A stretch of 64,000 bases of DNA from Patescibacteria group bacterium (lineage in GTDB: Bacteria > Patescibacteriota > Minisyncoccia > Phycocordibacterales > UBA12079), in NCBI GenBank assembly GCA_018817595.1, contig JAHITU010000024.1, forward strand, positions 11,155 to 75,154. The letters are read 5' to 3'. A program made the translations under genes and the position numbers. Shown piece by piece: positions 17,401 to 24,840 of this stretch (within the stretch, counting starts at the first letter, position 1; each line of letters starts with the position of its first letter). Below the pieces are notes generated by a model, which saw nothing but the letters and a program-made list of their open reading frames with translations, ran no database searches and was not told the DNA's origin.

Positions 17401-20282
17401 TCCACATAATAATTCAAAGTTCTATCTGTAATAGTTGATTCTAATGAATAGTTAATTCCATCAGTGGCATGATAAACCTTGTAGGAACCAAAACCAGGAC
17501 CTGGATTATCAACAACTCCCCAAGTTAAAAACAAATCATAAGTCGCAGGAGTCACATTAACATTAGAGATATCTTGAATAACAACATTAGCAGGTGTATT
17601 GGGAGTAGTAGCATTAAGAACAGAAGATTCATTTCCATAAACATCTCTGAATTTAACATAAACAGTATCTGGATCAGTTGTGCTTTGGGTATCACTAGTT
17701 GAATATGATTCCCATGAAGCTCCTGCAAAACCAGAATCTAAAGAAATCATCATTTCTTTGTCTGAATCATCTGTAGCTGCCAAAGTCAAAGTAGCTGGAC
17801 TGGTAGAATTATCTACAATGACAGAAGTTGATGTAGGGGCAGTAGTATCTAAAATACCGGCTATGGTAGTAGAAGCCACGGTATTATTAGCCGCTTCTTT
17901 ATCGTCAAAGGTTGCTCTCATTTGAAAACCTGTTGTATACAAATCAGCCACAGTAGTTGAAGCTATCCATGTTGCTGTATAAGTTAAATATGAATCTTCT
18001 AAGACTTTGTTATCTGTGTATCCATCAGAGTTGTCATCAATCACTTCCCCACTACCTGGGGCTACACCATAAATAATTGATGAAGTAGCAATAGAATTCC
18101 AAGAAGATCCATTGTAATATTCAAAAGTAGGTGTTACATAATTAGGGATAACAGTTCCACTGGTTGTATCGGCATCTTTAATTTCATAAGAAATGTCTAC
18201 CACTCCATCTGTTCCTTGTACTGCTGTGAAAGTTCCGACTAAAGGAGCTCCATTAGCCACATAGATAGGAATAATATTATCAACCGTAGGTGAAGTTAAT
18301 CCAGGTTCAATCACTACTTTATATTGAAACCACTGATCATTAGATCCGTCTTTTAGAGCTGTAGGGATTACTGTAGTGTCACAAGCAACAGAACTTGTTA
18401 ATTTAGTACAACCGCTGGTTAAAAAGTTAGGAGTGGATGATGCTATTTCAGACCAAATAGCTGAATCTAAACCGACAGCAGAAGTGGCTGTTCTTAAATA
18501 CATTTTAACTTGTGAATTAGTTGGTAGAGTTGTATTCTCTGTCCAATTAATTCCTGCCATTACATTAGCAACTGCTTCTGTATTATATTTAGAAGAGATT
18601 AAATTTTCATTATTTTCAAAATAAGTATAATTAACTTTAATCTGATCAATTTCCGGAGTTGCGGCACTATCAGTTGTTGATAAATCCATCGCAAAATCTA
18701 AAGTAGTAGTTGTTCCAGCTGTAAACCCTCCACTAGTTGACCAATCTGCAGAATTCAATGCTTCCAATACTGTTTTAGACATTCCTTGAGATTGTAAATT
18801 AGCTAAAGAGGATAAGGCCCAGGCTGAACCAGTCCAATATTTCCAGGTTGTTCTTCCGTCGAAAGATACTAGATATTTTATATCTGTGTTAGTTGGAGTG
18901 GTTTGGGTTAAATCTACGTCTGTGATTGCAGAATAATTTGATACATCTATTTGAGTGGTATTTGTTGTAATTATGTAATATGGTGTTATTGGATAAGGAG
19001 AACTATAACTACTAATATCCATCATTTCTATTTCTGCTATAGAAATCGTAGTTCCACTTGAAACTGGAGCTGTGACATTTATTCGATAATAATTATATGC
19101 AATAGTATTCCCTATATCATATGTCTTCCATTCATGATATACCCAATCAGTAACATTACTCTGTGTATCAAGAGTAACCCAATTAGATCCATCATTTGAA
19201 CCGAGAAAAGTCCAATTCTTTGGCATTGTTTCATCTACTGAAAGATCTCCGGTCATACGATACCTTTTTATAATTTTAGTCTCTGGGAAAAGATATTGAA
19301 TCCAATGATTTAAACCTTGATTAAATGTTCTCCAATGAGTAGTTAAATTATTATCAAAAGCTTTGGTGGCATCATTACCGCCCGCAACATAATAAATACT
19401 AGCTGTCGCTGTTCCTCCATTACATAAATCATTTGAATAATTAATTACTGTTCCTTGTAATTTCCCAACCCCACCAACAATATCTGTTTTAGATGAATCC
19501 TCTTGTGTGTAATCTCCCTCTGTTGTGAAATCTATAGTGCTTGAAGCTGTTTGTGCTATTACTGTAATATCAGTTCCAGCATTAACACCAGAAGATTTAG
19601 AATAATATTTATCCCAATCTGATTGGTTAGATGTATGATTAGCTGTAGTTACAGTATCGACTCCTCCCACCCATGAAGCTTGAGTAAAATTATAGGTAGC
19701 AGCTTTAACAACAGAAAGTGGATATATTAAAGAAGAAACTAAAACAAAAATTATTCCAATAATTCCAATAGAAGTTTTTATAGTTGTTTTTATTCTGTTC
19801 TGTTTATGAAAATTAATCAATTGTTGTTCAAGAGAAATAGCTTGTTTTTTATCTACTTCTTCCCCTCTTTTGATTTGATTAATAATTTTATCTAAATCTA
19901 AATATTCAGTAGGACAGTGTTGTTTAAACTCATTTAAAATTTCATTCTCAACTAGAACTAAAGAATCTTTAGAAGATCTAAATAACAAAGCAAGAGAATA
20001 AATCAGTCTACGATAAGAATCAATTTCATCTTTGTTTTGAATTCTTTTGTATTCTTTTTTTAATAATTCTCCAACGATAGGAACAGAGCTATCTGTAATC
20101 TGAGAAATTATAATTAAAGATAAAATAAAAGCCAAAAGAATAATAAAAAAGATTATTCCTCCTACTAAATTCCATAGATAAAACAAAGTAAATACAGTTA
20201 GTAAAAACGTAATTACAGACAACAAAAAAGATACGTAAAAAGCCATCTGTTTTCTTAATTTAAACAAATATTTATTCATCAT
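14406..20282 (-). CDS. Giant (1958 aa) membrane-anchored surface protein with an F5/8-type-C (discoidin)-like domain and at least 8 fibronectin-III-like repeats
   Basis: N-terminal hydrophobic helices. A discoidin-like segment (NLTTHWRTFNQGLNHWIQYLF...NWTFLGSNDGSNWVTL). Repeated units of about 90 aa of the form TATITWDTDELADSRVEY...LTGLTPDTTYYYQVKSTD. Thr/Ser/Gly-rich. Confidence 0.7.
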   Translation of the reverse strand: MMNKYLFKLRKQMAFYVSFLLSVITFLLTVFTLFYLWNLVGGIIFFIILLAFILSLIIISQITDSSVPIVGELLKKEYKRIQNKDEIDSYRRLIYSLALLFRSSKDSLVLVENEILNEFKQHCPTEYLDLDKIINQIKRGEEVDKKQAISLEQQLINFHKQNRIKTTIKTSIGIIGIIFVLVSSLIYPLSVVKAATYNFTQASWVGGVDTVTTANHTSNQSDWDKYYSKSSGVNAGTDITVIAQTASSTIDFTTEGDYTQEDSSKTDIVGGVGKLQGTVINYSNDLCNGGTATASIYYVAGGNDATKAFDNNLTTHWRTFNQGLNHWIQYLFPETKIIKRYRMTGDLSVDETMPKNWTFLGSNDGSNWVTLDTQSNVTDWVYHEWKTYDIGNTIAYNYYRINVTAPVSSGTTISIAEIEMMDISSYSSPYPITPYYIITTNTTQIDVSNYSAITDVDLTQTTPTNTDIKYLVSFDGRTTWKYWTGSAWALSSLANLQSQGMSKTVLEALNSADWSTSGGFTAGTTTTLDFAMDLSTTDSAATPEIDQIKVNYTYFENNENLISSKYNTEAVANVMAGINWTENTTLPTNSQVKMYLRTATSAVGLDSAIWSEIASSTPNFLTSGCTKLTSSVACDTTVIPTALKDGSNDQWFQYKVVIEPGLTSPTVDNIIPIYVANGAPLVGTFTAVQGTDGVVDISYEIKDADTTSGTVIPNYVTPTFEYYNGSSWNSIATSSIIYGVAPGSGEVIDDNSDGYTDNKVLEDSYLTYTATWIASTTVADLYTTGFQMRATFDDKEAANNTVASTTIAGILDTTAPTSTSVIVDNSTSPATLTLAATDDSDKEMMISLDSGFAGASWESYSTSDTQSTTDPDTVYVKFRDVYGNESSVLNATTPNTPANVVIQDISNVNVTPATYDLFLTWGVVDNPGPGFGSYKVYHATDGINYSLESTITDRTLNYYVDRSLSADSTHQYKVLSIDADGNISAYSSAIAGTANGTQDGSEGGGGVEAVEPVITNTTASNITTQSATITWDTDELADSRVEYITATGADFTDAPYVGKATMLNTAAGLGQHSIVLTGLTPDTTYYYQVKSTDINNNTATKVPGDNGFTFDTLAGPSISAVTTDTINNESAVITWTTDTVASSYVYYSTNSDLSSATQTGSADSVASHSVTVSGLTAGTKYYYYVSSGTANDKNVINGEVAYYSLTTTQDSTAPTITFDSDTDITAIGDTTATVSWTTSEVATSTLEYGISNSYGTTESNNNYNSNHSFDITGLTAGTTYYIRLKSTDSNSNTRTDDNAGAGWTFTTTDSSDITAPNITTDPSASTIGDTFAYITWITDEASNSVVDYGTTSGVYTASSSKATLDTSHSVKLSGLTEEIKYYFRVLSTDANSNATTSAETFFTTLGALSEEAAVVIREEAARAEGIASAGAGSSYCGSNTSWNGTFCVAASSGGGGGGASCPVTDRKAPVISDVKVDVGATTATVTWATNEDANEGVQYGTGPEYGLLNGMSLNTSRNHKITLTKLYPSNQYFYKVISIDSSGNKAESPQASFTTLSSLEGVEKDTQEIEDIQETPVITTSSTVKTAQESLLQLATQKVNSIFSKMAGQVSVQKLEENLVLTTQTIEDLSKYIPAPLLSSEPNVKVTSSSAIISWGTDKPANSLIELATEAEYNLNKSKPYTETRGEAEELTTSHIVVLSNLAPSTTYHYKLKSKSQVGPIAQSKDFVFKTNAEVPEITKWSVKDVEDHSATFVWETSVESTTEIEYTPYHQGELQKDRLKTKSVAGLSITHEVTIEDLEGGTTYFVRLKSTTQSGELITHTIPEFNNVDDVIPPQILQLRTESAVSSEGKKIQTIITWQTDELATSQVFYQEGASINPEFVVSSELREDLVYRHTTVLGNLKPATVYRFNVQSKDSQGNLSISKDYTLLTPQKKQDVVEIIFSNFEKKFGWLERLGL

Positions 20283-20345
20283 ATTTGTCTTTAATTATAT
20301 ATAAATTAACTCATTCAATCCAATTAATTTGGGGACAAGACTTAT

Positions 20346-20372
20346 TAAAAAACCACCTTTTGGTGGTTTTTT
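20346..20372. terminator. Bidirectional terminator after rplE, marking the end of the rpsS-rplE transcription unit
   Basis: aaaaaaccacc-tttt-ggtggtttttt. Confidence 0.55.
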
Positions 20373-20378
20373 AATTCT

Positions 20379-20939
20379 TTATCTTTTTTTTCTTTTTTTT
20401 TCAGCTTCTGTTTTAAAAGGGAAACCTAGATATCGCAAAAAAACTTCCGCTTCTTTTTTATCTTTGGCTGTAGTTACTATTGTAATAGACATTCCAAAGA
20501 CATCTCTTATTTCTTCATCAGAAGTTTCAGGGAAAATAATATGTTCTTTGATTCCCAAAGTAGCATTTCCCATTTCATCAATTGATGATAGTTTCAAACC
20601 TCTAAAGTCTTTTGTTCTAGGAATAGAAATATTGATTAATTTATCCAAAAAACCAAACATTCTGTCCCCTCTTAACGTTACTTGATAACCCACATTTTCT
20701 CCATCTCTTAATTTAAAAGCAGCGATTGATTTTTTAGCTTTTCTTACAGCAGGTTTTTGACCAGTAATTTTAGTTAATCTATCTAAAATTAAAGCATCTC
20801 TATCTTTTGTATTTCTAGAAGAACCTGTGCCTACATTCAAAATAACCTTCTCCAACTTAGGAGTTTGCATTTTATTCTTATATCCAAATTCTGATTTTAA
20901 TGTTTCAAAAGTTTGATTTTGTTTTTCTTTTATGTTCAT
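20379..20939 (-). CDS. rplE: 50S ribosomal protein L5
   Basis: PKLEKVILNVGTG....D.......L..ITGQKP...AKKSIAAFKLR.G..VG..VTLRGDRM..FLDKLI...PR..DFRG. Confidence 0.9.
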   Translation of the reverse strand: MNIKEKQNQTFETLKSEFGYKNKMQTPKLEKVILNVGTGSSRNTKDRDALILDRLTKITGQKPAVRKAKKSIAAFKLRDGENVGYQVTLRGDRMFGFLDKLINISIPRTKDFRGLKLSSIDEMGNATLGIKEHIIFPETSDEEIRDVFGMSITIVTTAKDKKEAEVFLRYLGFPFKTEAEKKRKKR

Positions 20940-21002
20940 TTTATTTATCTTATAGGATATTTTTTAATAAAAATTTACAAATTTTTCTTATTATTTATAG
21001 AC

Positions 21003-21128
21003 TTGCCTGCCCGACAGGCAGATTGTTTCGTCGTGACCTCCCCGCAAAAACGAAAAGCTTATCTTTTCGTAACGAATTTTACTCAATAAAATTCGTCTCT
21101 GCGAGGAACCTGCGACGAAGCAGTCCAG
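21003..21128. repeat. GC-rich composite palindromic repeat between rplX and rplE, co-linear with the 10906-11030 copy
   Basis: cttgcctgcccgacaggcag + attgtttcgtcgtgacctccccgca...tgcgaggaacctgcgacgaagcagtccag. Confidence 0.65.
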
Positions 21129-21159
21129 AATCTTAAATCCTAAATCTTAATTCTTAAAT

Positions 21160-21468
21160 CTAATTCAATATTGATCCGCTTTTTTTAGTTATTCTAACCA
21201 TCTTACCTTTTACTTCTTTCTTACCAATTCTTGTGGCTTTTTTTGTTTTTGGATCTATAAAAGCGACATTGGAAACATGAATTGGAAATTCTTTTTCAAT
21301 AATTTGTCCTTTTTGTCCTGATTTAGTTGCTCTTTGGTTTTTCTTTCTTTTGTTCACTCCTTCAACTAAAACTTTATCCAAAGCAGGAAAAGCACGTAAA
21401 ACTTTACCAGTTTTATCTTTGTCTTTTCCAGCAATTATTATTACATTGTCATTTTTTTTAATTTTCAT
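21160..21468 (-). CDS. rplX: 50S ribosomal protein L24
   Basis: KOW motif MKIKKNDNVIIIAGKDKDKTGKV. Confidence 0.9.
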   Translation of the reverse strand: MKIKKNDNVIIIAGKDKDKTGKVLRAFPALDKVLVEGVNKRKKNQRATKSGQKGQIIEKEFPIHVSNVAFIDPKTKKATRIGKKEVKGKMVRITKKSGSILN

Positions 21469-21555
21469 ATTAATTTAGTTATTTAGTTATTTAGGTTTTA
21501 GTTGTTTAGGTATTAAATTGACTTCGTCAATTTCCCCTAATACCTAATCACCTAT

Positions 21556-21927
21556 TTAAATTACTTCAGGAGCTAAAGAAGTAATTTTTTGATAACCTAA
21601 ATCTGCTATTTCTCTAGGAATAGGACCAAATATTCTTCCTGCTACAGGTTCCTTCTTAACCTTATCTACAATCACAACAGCATTATCATCAAAACCAATA
21701 TATGAACCGTCCTTTCTTTTTATTTTTTGTTTAGCTCTAACAACAACAGCTCTTAAAACATCTTTCTTTTTAACATTTTTTCTAGGTTCAGCTACTTGAA
21801 CTGACAAAACCACGATATCCCCTATTCGAGCGTATCTTTTTTTAGATCCTCCAAGCACCTTAAAAACTCTACCGATTTTTCCGCCTGAGTTATCTGTTAT
21901 TTTTACTATTGATTGTGGTTGTATCAT
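21556..21927 (-). CDS. rplN: 50S ribosomal protein L14
   Basis: MIQPQSIVKITDNSGGK..RVFKVLGGSKKRYARIGDIVV. Confidence 0.9.
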   Translation of the reverse strand: MIQPQSIVKITDNSGGKIGRVFKVLGGSKKRYARIGDIVVLSVQVAEPRKNVKKKDVLRAVVVRAKQKIKRKDGSYIGFDDNAVVIVDKVKKEPVAGRIFGPIPREIADLGYQKITSLAPEVI

Positions 21928-21991
21928 TTTATTAGTTATTAGCTTATAGCTTTTAGGTTTTTAGGAAAAACTTGCGAAGCAAATTTTTACT

Positions 21992-22011
21992 CCTGCCCGC
22001 CGGCAGGCAGG
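21992..22011. repeat. 20-nt GC palindrome CCTGCCCGCCGGCAGGCAGG, fused to the AT-rich palindrome upstream of rplN
   Basis: Near-perfect dyad. The same unit occurs at 22328-22347, 51325-51344 and 53875-53894, and in extended form at 29455-29490, 34105-34144 and 42171-42216. Confidence 0.6.
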
Positions 22012-22027
22012 TTATAGGCTTTTGAAT

Positions 22028-22291
22028 TTATGAACTTTTGACTATTTTGAATCTTTTCTCTTTTGAAATTGGATTACATTCTTCAATAGTCACCTCATCT
22101 CCTTCATTATATTCACCTTCTTCATAATGAGCCTTATATTTCTTTTCTATTGTTCTATACTTACCATATTTAGGATCTTTAATAAATCTTTTAGTTAAAA
22201 CCACAAGAGTCTTTTCCATTTTATTTGAAACAACTACTCCTTTAATAGTTTTTTTATTTACCTTATTATTTTTTTCTTTAATGTTTTCCAT
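22028..22291 (-). CDS. rpsQ: 30S ribosomal protein S17
   Basis: KKTIKGVVVSNKMEKTLVVLTKRFIKDPKYGKY. Confidence 0.9.
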   Translation of the reverse strand: MENIKEKNNKVNKKTIKGVVVSNKMEKTLVVLTKRFIKDPKYGKYRTIEKKYKAHYEEGEYNEGDEVTIEECNPISKEKRFKIVKSS

Positions 22292-22362
22292 ATTATTATT
22301 TAAAATTTGCGAAGCAAATTTTTACTCCTGCCTGCCGGCAGGCAGGTTATAGACTTTCGACT

Positions 22363-22557
22363 TTATGAACTTTTGACTCTACTATTCAACTCAGTTAAAA
22401 CTCTAGCTGTTTCTTTTCTCAAAGCTCTTCCTTTCTTTATATCTTTTGTTTTAGAACCTGACAAACCAAATCTAAATTCTCGCAAACCATTTCTTGCATC
22501 GGCTAAGGATTTATCTAAATCCTTATTTGTTTTATTTTTTAAATCTATTTTTTTCAT
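22363..22557 (-). CDS. rpmC: 50S ribosomal protein L29
   Basis: 64 aa: LKNKTNKDLDKSLADARNGLREFRF. Confidence 0.85.
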   Translation of the reverse strand: MKKIDLKNKTNKDLDKSLADARNGLREFRFGLSGSKTKDIKKGRALRKETARVLTELNSRVKSS

Positions 22558-22605
22558 AACAACTTTAAAATTGAATCTTACCTTAAATATCCTTTTAAAT
22601 CAAGC

Positions 22606-23037
22606 TTAAATACTTATTCTTTCTCGACTAATTATTTTTGTCTTCACTGGCATTTTTGTTCCTGCCTTTCTTAAAGCTTCAATTGCTTTTTCATTTGACA
22701 CACCATCAACTTCAAATAATATTGTTCCAGGCTTCACAGGCACACAATAACCTTCTGGTGCCCCCTTACCCTTACCCATCTTAACTTCTGATGGCTTTGA
22801 AGTGAAAGGTCTATCAGGGAAAATTCTTATAAAGATTCTTCCTGTTTTACCTATATATCTTTTAGCGGCTCTACGTCCAGCTTCAATTTGATTAGATAAT
22901 AATCTTGATCCTGCCATAGCTTTTAAACCATGAGAACCAAAAGAAATATTATTCCCACGAGAAGCTACACCCACTTTAGTTGAGTTTTTTCTGCCTGTTT
23001 GCCATTTTCGATGTTTTGCTTTTTTAGGGAATAACAT
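22606..23037 (-). CDS. rplP: 50S ribosomal protein L16
   Basis: [16 protein letters not shown]...[31 protein letters not shown]. Confidence 0.9.
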   Translation of the reverse strand: MLFPKKAKHRKWQTGRKNSTKVGVASRGNNISFGSHGLKAMAGSRLLSNQIEAGRRAAKRYIGKTGRIFIRIFPDRPFTSKPSEVKMGKGKGAPEGYCVPVKPGTILFEVDGVSNEKAIEALRKAGTKMPVKTKIISRERISI

Positions 23038-23147
23038 ATTATTACAATTAGTTGAAAGTCCTTAATGTCGAAAGTCGAAAGTCTTTTTTAAAAATTTACG
23101 AAGTAAATTTTTACTTTATGGACTTTATGGACTTTACAGACTTCTCA

Positions 23148-23804
23148 TTATTTATTAAACACTTCTCCTTTGTAAATCCAAACCTTGATACCTACTACTC
23201 CGTAAGACATATTAGCTCTTTCTCTTGCGAAATCAATATCAGCTCTTAATGTCTGTAAAGGAATTCTTCCTTTTTTCAATTCTTCTCTTCGAGCCATTTC
23301 AGCTCCTCCTAGACGACCTGATAATGAAATTTTTACTCCTTCAACCTCTCTATTAGCTGCTACTTTATCAACTGTCATTTTAAGAACTCTTCTAAAAGGC
23401 ATTCTTTTTTCTAATTGTTCAGCTACCATCATTCCAACAATAGCAGCGTCAGTTTCAGGATATCTTACCTCTTCTATATCAATTTTCAAGTCTTTGGGTT
23501 TAGGTAATTTGTGCTTTGTCATAAAATCCAAAATTTCCTTTTTTAAGTTCTTAGCACCTTCTCCAGATCTTCCGATTATCATTCCAGCTCTTGAAGTTTT
23601 GATAATAATCTTAAAAACTTTTTCATTTCTTTCCATTTCTATTGAAGATATAAGAAAATTACGTAGTTTCTTCTCTAAAAATTCTCGTATCAAAACATCT
23701 GTTTTTAATTGTTCAGCGTATTTTGTACGCGCACCAAACCAGCGAGATTTCCAATCTCTTAAAATTCCTATTCTATGTGCATATGGGTGTACTACGTGAG
23801 TCAT
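23148..23804 (-). CDS. rpsC: 30S ribosomal protein S3
   Basis: HPYAHRIGILRDWKSRWF..., a KH domain, and RAGMIIGRSGEG. Confidence 0.9.
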   Translation of the reverse strand: MTHVVHPYAHRIGILRDWKSRWFGARTKYAEQLKTDVLIREFLEKKLRNFLISSIEMERNEKVFKIIIKTSRAGMIIGRSGEGAKNLKKEILDFMTKHKLPKPKDLKIDIEEVRYPETDAAIVGMMVAEQLEKRMPFRRVLKMTVDKVAANREVEGVKISLSGRLGGAEMARREELKKGRIPLQTLRADIDFARERANMSYGVVGIKVWIYKGEVFNK

Positions 23805-23869
23805 GTTTAGTGAAATTTTAATTTTTAATTTTATAATTTTAAATAAATCTAAATTTTTATTTTTTAAAT

Positions 23870-24265
23870 CTATTTTTTTGTTTCTTTTTCTACCGCTACA
23901 ACTTTTTTAACTTCCCTTTTTACTTCTTCAGGATTTTCTTCTAAAGTTACTGTAATGTGACTAGTTCTTCTTTTGAAAGGAAATGCTCTTCCCCTTGCCC
24001 CTTCTTTAAATCTTTTCATTGAGGGGCCTTCGTCTACGGTAATAGTCTTTAAAAATAAATCATCTTTATTTAATTTATTATTATGTTTAGCATTTGCAAC
24101 AGCTGATTCAATCAATTTTCTCATAGCTACTGAAACCTTTTTATTTACATGCTTAAGTTCAGAAATTACTCTTTCTATTTTTTTACCCCTCACCAAATCA
24201 GCTACCAAACGAACTTTTCTTGGTGATTGTTTGTAATTTCTTAATTTTGCTTTTACTTCTGTCAT
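23870..24265 (-). CDS. rplV: 50S ribosomal protein L22
   Basis: KAKLRNYKQSPRKVRLVADLVRGKKIERVISEL. Confidence 0.9.
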   Translation of the reverse strand: MTEVKAKLRNYKQSPRKVRLVADLVRGKKIERVISELKHVNKKVSVAMRKLIESAVANAKHNNKLNKDDLFLKTITVDEGPSMKRFKEGARGRAFPFKRRTSHITVTLEENPEEVKREVKKVVAVEKETKK

Positions 24266-24355
24266 GATTTTAGTTATTTAGTTATTTGGGTCATTAGGTT
24301 TTAGGAAAAATTTACTTCGTAAATTTTTTCTTAAATCTTAAATCATAAATATTAT

Positions 24356-24685
24356 TTATGCGTTAGCTTTAGCTGCTTTTGCAGCTGTTATTTCAGCTTC
24401 TTTTTTCTTTTGTTCTAATTCTTTTTGCATCTTACCTCCGTGTTTAATGAATTTCTTTGTTGGTGAGAATTCCCCTAATCTGTGTCCAACCATATCTTCT
24501 GTTATTAAAACTTCAATATGCTTTCTGCCATTATGTACCCCGAAAGTAAAACCTGACATTTCTGGTGATATCTGGGAAGCTCTTTTCCAAGTTTTTATCA
24601 CACCTAAATCGGCTGGCTTTTTACCTTCTATTTTTTTTAAAAGTTTTTCGTCCACATAAGGACCTTTTTTTAGTGATCTTGTCAT
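24356..24685 (-). CDS. rpsS: 30S ribosomal protein S19
   Basis: [19 protein letters not shown]......[51 protein letters not shown]. Confidence 0.9.
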   Translation of the reverse strand: MTRSLKKGPYVDEKLLKKIEGKKPADLGVIKTWKRASQISPEMSGFTFGVHNGRKHIEVLITEDMVGHRLGEFSPTKKFIKHGGKMQKELEQKKKEAEITAAKAAKANA

Positions 24686-24721
24686 AATTTAAAATAGCTC
24701 TTTTTTGCTTGAGCTTGCTAT

Positions 24722-24749
24722 ATATTAACAGAATTTATTTCTATGTCAA
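24722..24749 (-). promoter_or_regulatory. Sigma70-type promoter for the rpsS-rplE operon (TTGACA-N16-TAATAT on the minus strand)
   Basis: Complement of 24744-24749 is TTGACA. Complement of 24722-24727 is TAATAT. The spacer is 16 nt. The promoter lies about 40 nt upstream of the rpsS ATG. Confidence 0.5.
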
Positions 24750-24787
24750 TAAAGTATGACATAAAAAATATTATTCATAATAAAATT

Positions 24788-24821
24788 AAATATAGGATGA
24801 TTATAAAATCATCCTATATTT
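24788..24821. terminator. Hairpin terminator downstream of the 1012-aa protein gene
   Basis: aaatataggatgatt-ataaa-atcatcctatattt. Confidence 0.45.
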
Positions 24822-24840
24822 AATTTTAAAACCTAATTAA

